This document shows positions 57,929-64,000 of a DNA stretch of 64,000 nt, piece by piece. Where the stretch lies: positions 320,001 to 384,000 of the forward strand of contig CAVTHO010000007.1 of the NCBI GenBank assembly GCA_963734545.1, written 5' to 3'. The notes beneath the pieces are model-generated. The model saw nothing but the letters and a program-made list of their open reading frames with translations. It was not told where the DNA came from and did no database searches. Source of the DNA: an uncultured Spirochaetota bacterium (GTDB lineage: Bacteria > Spirochaetota > Spirochaetia > SZUA-6 > Fen-1364). Within the stretch, counting starts at the first letter, position 1. Each line of letters opens with the position of its first letter. Both the position numbers and the translations under genes were made by a program.

Positions 57929-59229
57929 ACTTTCGATTCGTGTTCTTTCTGGGCCGGCGCGTGCTCAGGGGCAGAGGCGGAACGGCGCGGTATCTGAAAG
58001 GAGCGGTCCTCGGAATCGCCCTGAGCCTCGTGCCACTTGTCGTGGTCATGGAGGTGTCGACGGGCATGATCAACGGGATCACGGCGCGCCTGCTGGAGGT
58101 CGGCACCTACCACCTGCAGATCGCCCTGCCGTCGAACACCTCGGAGACGCGGCTCGCGGAGATCGCCGCTGCGGTTGAAGGCGTCGACGATGTGGTGGCG
58201 GCCGTCCCGGAGAGGCAGGGAACCGCCATGCTCGTCTCGGCCCGAGGCGCTGCCGGGGTGAGCATCCGGTGCGTCCCCCCTGACGTCTTCTCACGCGACT
58301 CCGGCTTTCGCTCATTCGTCACGATCAGGGCCGGCAGCGCCGACCTTACGCGCGCGGACTCTCTTCTGGTGAGCTCCGCCCTGGCCGCCACACTGGGCAT
58401 TGCGCCCGGGGATGCGGTGAACGTTCTCACGACCTATGGAGAAGGAATGACCGGGCTGCCGAGGCTGACGCAACTCCGGGCGGTCGGCATCTACGAAACG
58501 GGATACCAGGACCTCGACAAGACCCTCGCGTACGCTCCGCTGGGCATCGCGTCGCGAATCCTTTCTCCGCGCGCAGCGAGAACGCTGATCGGCGTGAAAG
58601 TCAGGGATCCGTTCGGCGAGCTTGGCCCGATAGCCCGTACCATCGCCGGAGTGGCGGGGAACGACCTTCGCGTGGCCACATGGAACGAGATCGAATACGT
58701 GCGCCTTGCGAGCTTTCGCACCACGAAGGCGCTCCTGCTTTTCATCATGGCGCTTGTCGTGGCAGTCGCCTCGGTCAACGTGTCTTCCTCGGTGATCATG
58801 ATCATATTCGAGAGGCGGCATGACCTGGGAATCCTCAAAAGCGTGGGGGTTGCGCCGCGCTCGCTCTCCCTCTCGTTCCTGCTCGCCGGCTTCACCACGG
58901 GCCTGCTGGGCACGACTCTCGGTGTTGCCATCGGCCTGCTCGTGGCCGTGAATATCAATGAGGTCATCGCCGGTCTGGAATGGACCGTCAATCATATCCT
59001 TGCCCTCGCCTCGCTCGTGCGCTCCTCCTTCGTTCCTTCCGCGCCCGCCTTTGACGGCTTCACCCTTTTCAACAGCGCCTACTATCTGAAGTCGATCCCG
59101 ATAAGAATCCAGCCTCTCGAGGTGATCGCCGCGGCCGTTGCCGCGCTGCTCCTCTCCGCTGTCGCCTCCTACCTGCCCGCATCGCGCGCCGCGCGGACGC
59201 AACCGCTGGAAATACTCCGCAAGCTGTAA
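57925..59229 (+). CDS. lolE: Lipoprotein-releasing ABC permease, LolC/E family
   Basis: Four-TM FtsX-type layout; YETGYQDLD; YLPASRAA. Confidence 0.88.
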   Translation: MNFRFVFFLGRRVLRGRGGTARYLKGAVLGIALSLVPLVVVMEVSTGMINGITARLLEVGTYHLQIALPSNTSETRLAEIAAAVEGVDDVVAAVPERQGTAMLVSARGAAGVSIRCVPPDVFSRDSGFRSFVTIRAGSADLTRADSLLVSSALAATLGIAPGDAVNVLTTYGEGMTGLPRLTQLRAVGIYETGYQDLDKTLAYAPLGIASRILSPRAARTLIGVKVRDPFGELGPIARTIAGVAGNDLRVATWNEIEYVRLASFRTTKALLLFIMALVVAVASVNVSSSVIMIIFERRHDLGILKSVGVAPRSLSLSFLLAGFTTGLLGTTLGVAIGLLVAVNINEVIAGLEWTVNHILALASLVRSSFVPSAPAFDGFTLFNSAYYLKSIPIRIQPLEVIAAAVAALLLSAVASYLPASRAARTQPLEILRKL

Positions 59230-59307
59230 CTTTCCGCGGCCGAGGCTGCGCCGCGCACTGCCTCCCGTAGTATTCAAGGCGCATTTTATGTATAATTGGA
59301 TGTGGCC

Positions 59308-59802
59308 ATGAAATGTGAGATTTGCGGACTGAAAGACGCAGTCATTCATATCAGACAGATACAGAAGGACCTGGTGCATGAGCTCCATATCTGCGAGGAG
59401 TGCGCCCAGGAGAAGGGCCTGATCAGGGAGGAGGATTCGGAGCTTCCGATCGCTAACCTGCTCTCCGGCCTTCTGGAAGGGAAGGATGTTACAGGCGCCT
59501 CCGAGGTGAAGGACGTGTGCCCGAAGTGCGGATTGAAGGTTTCAGAGTTCCGCAAGCAGGGAAAGCTGGGTTGCCCGGAGTGCTTCCTGGCTTTCGAGAA
59601 AGATGTGCGCGCCATCGTTTCCCAGATGGCGGCCCGGCCCCGGCACACGGGGAAGCTGCCGCGAACCCTTGTCGTCGAGCACGCGGCCTCTGCGGAGGGC
59701 GACGGGCTGCGCGAGGAGCTGAGAGAGGCAGTCGAGCAGGAGGATTACGAGCTGGCGGCGCAGCTTCGCGACAAGCTGCGGGAGATGGAATCCAATGTTT
59801 GA
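59308..59802 (+). CDS. mcsA: Protein-arginine kinase activator McsA
   Basis: Four CxxC motifs and a UVR domain (EDYELAAQLRD); TATAAT at 59291-59296. Confidence 0.92.
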   Translation: MKCEICGLKDAVIHIRQIQKDLVHELHICEECAQEKGLIREEDSELPIANLLSGLLEGKDVTGASEVKDVCPKCGLKVSEFRKQGKLGCPECFLAFEKDVRAIVSQMAARPRHTGKLPRTLVVEHAASAEGDGLREELREAVEQEDYELAAQLRDKLREMESNV

Positions 59803-60889
59803 GTTCACCGGCCTGGCGGACATGAAGGGATGGATGCGCAATCCGACCGTGGAGGGGGCAACGACAGCCGCGGACTCCACCGGGTCCGTCGTGATTTCCA
59901 GCCGGGTCCGCCTGGCGCGCAATCTCTCCGCCTACTCCTACCCGGGACGAAGCCCCGCCGACCAGGAGAAGGAGTGCCGCGAGCGGATCGTGGCCGCCTT
60001 CCGTCGGTTGCCGAACGCGGAAGATTTTACGATTATCTATATGGAAGAGATCTCCGCTCTGGAGAGAAGGATTCTCTTCGAGAGAAACCTGGTTTCCCAG
60101 GGTTATTCAATAGAAAAGCAGAGGGCAATGGTTGTGAGCGGTGACGAATCCGTCACCGCGATCATCGGGGACGAGGATCACCTCCGTCTCGTCGGCATGC
60201 GGAGCGGCGCGTGCCTGGAGCCGCTGCTGGCGCGGCTGGATGCGCTGGATTCCCAGTTGGAGGAGATGCTCCCCTACGCTGCGTCACCCGAGTGGGGATA
60301 CCTGAATACGGCCATCACGAACCTCGGCACGGGGCTGAAGGCATCGATGATGCTGCACCTGCCCGCGCTCGCGATGAGCGGGCTCATGAAAAGGGCGGTC
60401 AAGGCCTCTGCGCAGCTCGGTCTTTCGATCAGGGGATTCTTCAGTGAGAGCATGGAATCTCTTGGTGACATGTACATCATTGCCAACGAGATCACCATCG
60501 GTCTGGCGGAGAAGGAAATCATCGGCAATCTGGGCAGGATTGCCGTGCAGCTTGCGGGGTACGAAAACCGCACAAGGGAGGAGCTGATGGAGAAAAGGAG
60601 GGTGGACATCGAAGACCGGGTCTTCCGCGCCTGGGGACTGCTCACCTGGTGCCGCTATGTCTCCCACCGTGAAGCCATCGAGGCTCTCTCCGCGCTCCGC
60701 CTGGGGGTGGCCCTCGGGCTCATCGGGACGGTGGATGCGCCCACCATTACGGCGCTCCTTTTCCTGTCCCAGAAATCGCATATCCAGCGGGTCCTCCAGT
60801 CACAGGCGGACGCGGTGGACAGCAAGCTGATCGACTATACGCGCGCCAAGATCATCCGAGACGCGCTCACGCCGGCGAGGGGAGGCTGA
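59795..60889 (+). CDS. mcsB: Protein-arginine kinase McsB-like
   Basis: [28 protein letters not shown]. Confidence 0.9.
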   Translation: MFEFTGLADMKGWMRNPTVEGATTAADSTGSVVISSRVRLARNLSAYSYPGRSPADQEKECRERIVAAFRRLPNAEDFTIIYMEEISALERRILFERNLVSQGYSIEKQRAMVVSGDESVTAIIGDEDHLRLVGMRSGACLEPLLARLDALDSQLEEMLPYAASPEWGYLNTAITNLGTGLKASMMLHLPALAMSGLMKRAVKASAQLGLSIRGFFSESMESLGDMYIIANEITIGLAEKEIIGNLGRIAVQLAGYENRTREELMEKRRVDIEDRVFRAWGLLTWCRYVSHREAIEALSALRLGVALGLIGTVDAPTITALLFLSQKSHIQRVLQSQADAVDSKLIDYTRAKIIRDALTPARGG

Positions 60890-60893
60890 CGCC

Positions 60894-63425
60894 ATGTTCA
60901 AGGGTCTTACGCAGAGGGCACAGAAGGTACTCACCATCCTGGCTCAGGAGGAAGCAAAGCGCTTCCACTCCGACCAGCTGCTGCCCGAGCACATCATCCT
61001 TGCGCTGCTGAAAGACGGTGAAGGAGTCGCGGTCAAGGCATTGCAGCGGATCAAGGTGACCGGCTCGGAGATGCAGGCGGAAATCGAGAAAAGTCTTCCG
61101 AAGGGCAAGGGCGGCCTCATCCTCGGCGACGTGCCTCCGTCGAAGCGCGGACAGAAGATACTGGAAGATTCCGCCGAAGAAGCCCGCAGCATGGGCCACG
61201 AGTACATCGGCACGGAGCACCTGCTTCTCGCCGCGATCAAGGAGCAGGGGAGCATCGTGGCGCGCTATCTCGCGCGCTACAACATCACGCCGAACGGCCT
61301 GAGGGAAGCCATCCTGCAGATCAGCGGGACGGGAGACTACAAGGGCTCACCGGCCCAGACGGCAAAGAAGAAGCCGCAGTCGCCCACCAAGAAACCGACG
61401 CCGACCCTCGACGAGTTCGGCAGGGATCTCACCGCATTCGCCCGGGAAAACAAGCTGGACCCTGTCATCGGCCGTCAGAAAGAGATCCAGAGGGTCATCC
61501 AGATACTCGCGCGCAGGACGAAGAACAATCCCGTCCTCATCGGCGAACCGGGCGTGGGGAAGACGGCAATCGTGGAAGGCCTCGCGCAGAAGATCGTGGA
61601 CGGAACCGTCCCGGAAGTGCTGGTGGGCAAACGCGTGCTCACGCTCGACCTGGCCTCGCTCGTGGCAGGCACGAAGTACAGGGGCGAGTTCGAAGAGCGG
61701 CTGAAGAGGGTCATGAAGGAAATTCTTTCGGCGGGCAACGTGGTGTTGTTCATCGATGAGCTGCATACCATCATCGGAGCCGGTGGAGCGGAAGGCGCAA
61801 TCGACGCCTCCAACATGCTGAAGCCCTCACTCTCCCGGGGCGAGCTGCAGTGCATCGGCGCCACGACGCTGAACGAGTACAAGAAGCACATCGAAAAGGA
61901 CGCGGCCCTCGAGCGGAGGTTCCAGCCCATCTATGTGAGCGAACCCACGGTGGAGGAGACCGTAGAGATCCTCAAGGGCATCAAGAAGAATTACGAGGAG
62001 CACCACCGGGTGGTCTACACCCCGGCAGCCATCGAAGCCGCCTCCACCCTGTCGAGGCGCTATATCACGGAGCGCTACCTGCCCGACAAGGCGATCGATC
62101 TCATCGACGAATCCGGGTCCCGGCGCAGGATCAGGAACTCCATACGGCCCCGTGAGCTCGCCGATCTGGAAAAGGAGATCGAACGGCTCAATCTCGAGAA
62201 GACGAGCCTCGTGAACACGCAGAACTACGAGAAAGCGGCTGCGGTGCGTGACATGGTCCGCCAGCTCAAGGGCAAGGTGGACGAGATAAAGAAGACCTGG
62301 GAGAGCACGATCACCGTGGAAGAGAACGTGGTCGATGTGGAGGACATCCAGCAGGTCATCTCCGACATGACCGGCATCCCCCTGGCGCGCATCATCCAGA
62401 GCGAGTCGCAGAAGCTGCTCCACATCGAAGAGGAGCTGCACAAGAAAGTCATCGGCCAGGAAGAGGCCATCTCGGTCATTGCCTCGGCGATCCGCCGCTC
62501 GCGCACGGGACTCTCGTCGGCGCGCCGACCGCTGGGATCATTCGTTTTTCTTGGCCCCACGGGCGTGGGGAAAACGCTGGTCGCCAAGACGCTGGCGGAG
62601 TTCCTTTTCGGAGATGCGGACGCCCTGGTGCGCATCGACATGTCGGACTTCATGGAAAAGCACAATGTGTCCCGGCTGGTCGGGGCTCCCCCCGGGTACG
62701 TCGGCTACGAGGAGGGCGGGCTCCTCACGGAGAAGGTGCGGCGCAGGCCTTTCAGCGTCATCCTGCTTGATGAGATCGAGAAGGCGCACCCGGATGTCTT
62801 CAATATCCTTCTACAGGTACTGGAGGAGGGGCAGCTGTCGGACAACCTCGGCCATGCCGTCTCGTTCCGCAACTCGGTGCTCATCATGACCTCCAACCTC
62901 GGCGCCCGGGAAATCAACAAGGATTCCTCCCTCGGATTCCAGTCCGAAGAGGGGGCGGGCATGAACTTCAAGGACATCCGCAACTTCGTGATGGGCGAGG
63001 TGAAGCGGGCGTTCAACCCCGAGTTCATCAACCGCATAGACGAGATCGTGGTGTTCCATAACCTTGACAAGACCCACCTCACGCAGATTTTCGATCTGAT
63101 GGTGCAGGAAATCTCCAACCGGCTCGTCGAGCAGAAGATCACCATCTCCGTGCGCAAGAAGGCGCGGGAGTTCCTGATCGAGAAAGGGTTCGACGAGAAG
63201 TTCGGCGCGCGGCCCCTTCGCCGGCTCTTGCAGAAGGAAGTGGAAGATCCGCTGTCCCTGGAGATCCTGAAGGGCGCATTCGCGGCGGGGGACGCCATCG
63301 ACGTGGATATCAAGGGGGACAAGATCACTTTCCGCAAGCAGGCGTTGAAAAAGGAGCTCAACGCTCCCGATCAGCCCGCCGGGCTCCTGACCGGAGAGAA
63401 AGAGGCGGAGAAAGTCATCACATGA
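60894..63425 (+). CDS. clpC: Clp protease ATP-binding subunit ClpC
   Basis: Clp N-domain repeats, [11 protein letters not shown] middle domain, [11 protein letters not shown] loop. Confidence 0.96.
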   Translation: MFKGLTQRAQKVLTILAQEEAKRFHSDQLLPEHIILALLKDGEGVAVKALQRIKVTGSEMQAEIEKSLPKGKGGLILGDVPPSKRGQKILEDSAEEARSMGHEYIGTEHLLLAAIKEQGSIVARYLARYNITPNGLREAILQISGTGDYKGSPAQTAKKKPQSPTKKPTPTLDEFGRDLTAFARENKLDPVIGRQKEIQRVIQILARRTKNNPVLIGEPGVGKTAIVEGLAQKIVDGTVPEVLVGKRVLTLDLASLVAGTKYRGEFEERLKRVMKEILSAGNVVLFIDELHTIIGAGGAEGAIDASNMLKPSLSRGELQCIGATTLNEYKKHIEKDAALERRFQPIYVSEPTVEETVEILKGIKKNYEEHHRVVYTPAAIEAASTLSRRYITERYLPDKAIDLIDESGSRRRIRNSIRPRELADLEKEIERLNLEKTSLVNTQNYEKAAAVRDMVRQLKGKVDEIKKTWESTITVEENVVDVEDIQQVISDMTGIPLARIIQSESQKLLHIEEELHKKVIGQEEAISVIASAIRRSRTGLSSARRPLGSFVFLGPTGVGKTLVAKTLAEFLFGDADALVRIDMSDFMEKHNVSRLVGAPPGYVGYEEGGLLTEKVRRRPFSVILLDEIEKAHPDVFNILLQVLEEGQLSDNLGHAVSFRNSVLIMTSNLGAREINKDSSLGFQSEEGAGMNFKDIRNFVMGEVKRAFNPEFINRIDEIVVFHNLDKTHLTQIFDLMVQEISNRLVEQKITISVRKKAREFLIEKGFDEKFGARPLRRLLQKEVEDPLSLEILKGAFAAGDAIDVDIKGDKITFRKQALKKELNAPDQPAGLLTGEKEAEKVIT

Positions 63426-64000
63426 GACCAGGCCCTGCCGCGCCTCCCGCTCTCCTTCGCTCGCGGCGATGGCGCGGGGGCGCGCGGCGGGGCGCCGCGG
63501 TACACCGCGGATTTTGGGGCGCCGCGGTACACCGCGGATTCTGGGGCGCCGCGGTACACCGCGGATTCTGGGGCGCCGCGGTACACCGCGGATTCTGGGG
63601 CGCCGCGGTACACCGCGGATTCTGGGGCGCCGCGGTACGGCGTACTCGCCGAACGGGTACGGCCTTCGGGCCGAGCGCGTGCTCGCGCACTCCCGTATTC
63701 CGCGGATTCTCCGCGGCGCGCCTTTGGGCCATCGTGGCGGCCATGCTCCTGTTCATTACTCCGTGTTTTGCCGAGCAGGCCCAGGGCCGAATGTCTCCGG
63801 AAGGGACCTTTCGGCTCGCCGGGGCAGCCTACCGGGCCGAGGATTACGCGCGTGCGCGTGATCTGTACGGAAAGATAGTCCTGGAATATCCGCTGACTCC
63901 ATTTGTCCGTGATTCGCTGTTCTTCCTGGCCGAATGTGAGCTTGCCCTGGGCAACAGCGCGGAAGCGGACAAGCGCTATCGCACCCTTCTCTCCCTTTAC
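63422..64000 (+). CDS. Exported TPR protein (BamD/CpoB-like), 3' truncated, with a repeat-encoded N-terminal extension
   Basis: ATG overlaps the clpC stop (ATGA); frame open to window end: (GAAVHRGFW)x5, signal-like [33 protein letters not shown]…SLFFLAEC. Not in the ORF track. Start uncertain. Confidence 0.8.
   Translation, partial: MRPGPAAPPALLRSRRWRGGARRGAAVHRGFWGAAVHRGFWGAAVHRGFWGAAVHRGFWGAAVHRGFWGAAVRRTRRTGTAFGPSACSRTPVFRGFSAARLWAIVAAMLLFITPCFAEQAQGRMSPEGTFRLAGAAYRAEDYARARDLYGKIVLEYPLTPFVRDSLFFLAECELALGNSAEADKRYRTLLSLY
63489..63638. repeat. 5.5 tandem copies of a 27-bp hairpin repeat
   Basis: GGGGCGCCGCGGTACACCGCGGATTCT at 63489, 63516, 63543, 63570, 63597 and partial at 63624; further degenerate copy near 63690-63720. 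Confidence 0.95.

Noticed and set aside
63371-63861. Repeat-encoded ORFs 63371-63613, 63418-63756 and 63469-63861
   Set aside because: Alternative frames of the 27-bp repeat; only the frame from 63422 leads into a recognisable signal peptide and TPR.
1-64000. Prophage, IS elements, defence island, rRNA or tRNA genes
   Set aside because: No integrase, transposase, phage or defence proteins recognised; composition looks uniform; no stable-RNA gene signatures seen.

Overview
GC-rich, gene-dense core-genome window that looks like a free-living spirochaete (class Spirochaetia). This assignment is inferred from gene content and order: TPR protein next to mutL, PAP2-rnfCDEA-GH57, orphan cas2-like gene before prfB, ftsY-lolCDE-mcsA-mcsB-clpC. 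About 55 genes. At least 13 carry single-base indels, including essential ones (prfB), which points to long-read consensus errors rather than pseudogenes. No rRNA, tRNA, transposase, phage gene or true CRISPR array was seen. Most notable: (1) a giant predicted outer-membrane protein with SprA-like (type IX secretion translocon) motifs, followed by two paralogous barrel genes, one FecR-fused; (2) a ~98-nt candidate sRNA with a sigma28-like promoter, a C-rich anti-Shine-Dalgarno loop and a UUCG terminator; (3) a dispersed hairpin repeat family (stem-GG-UAYW-CC-stem) with covarying stems, found in UTRs and inserted in frame into two proteins; (4) a stand-alone Cas2-like gene in front of prfB; (5) a reduced Rnf module lacking rnfG/rnfB and with altered cofactor motifs. 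All family assignments come from motif recognition by eye; no database search was run.
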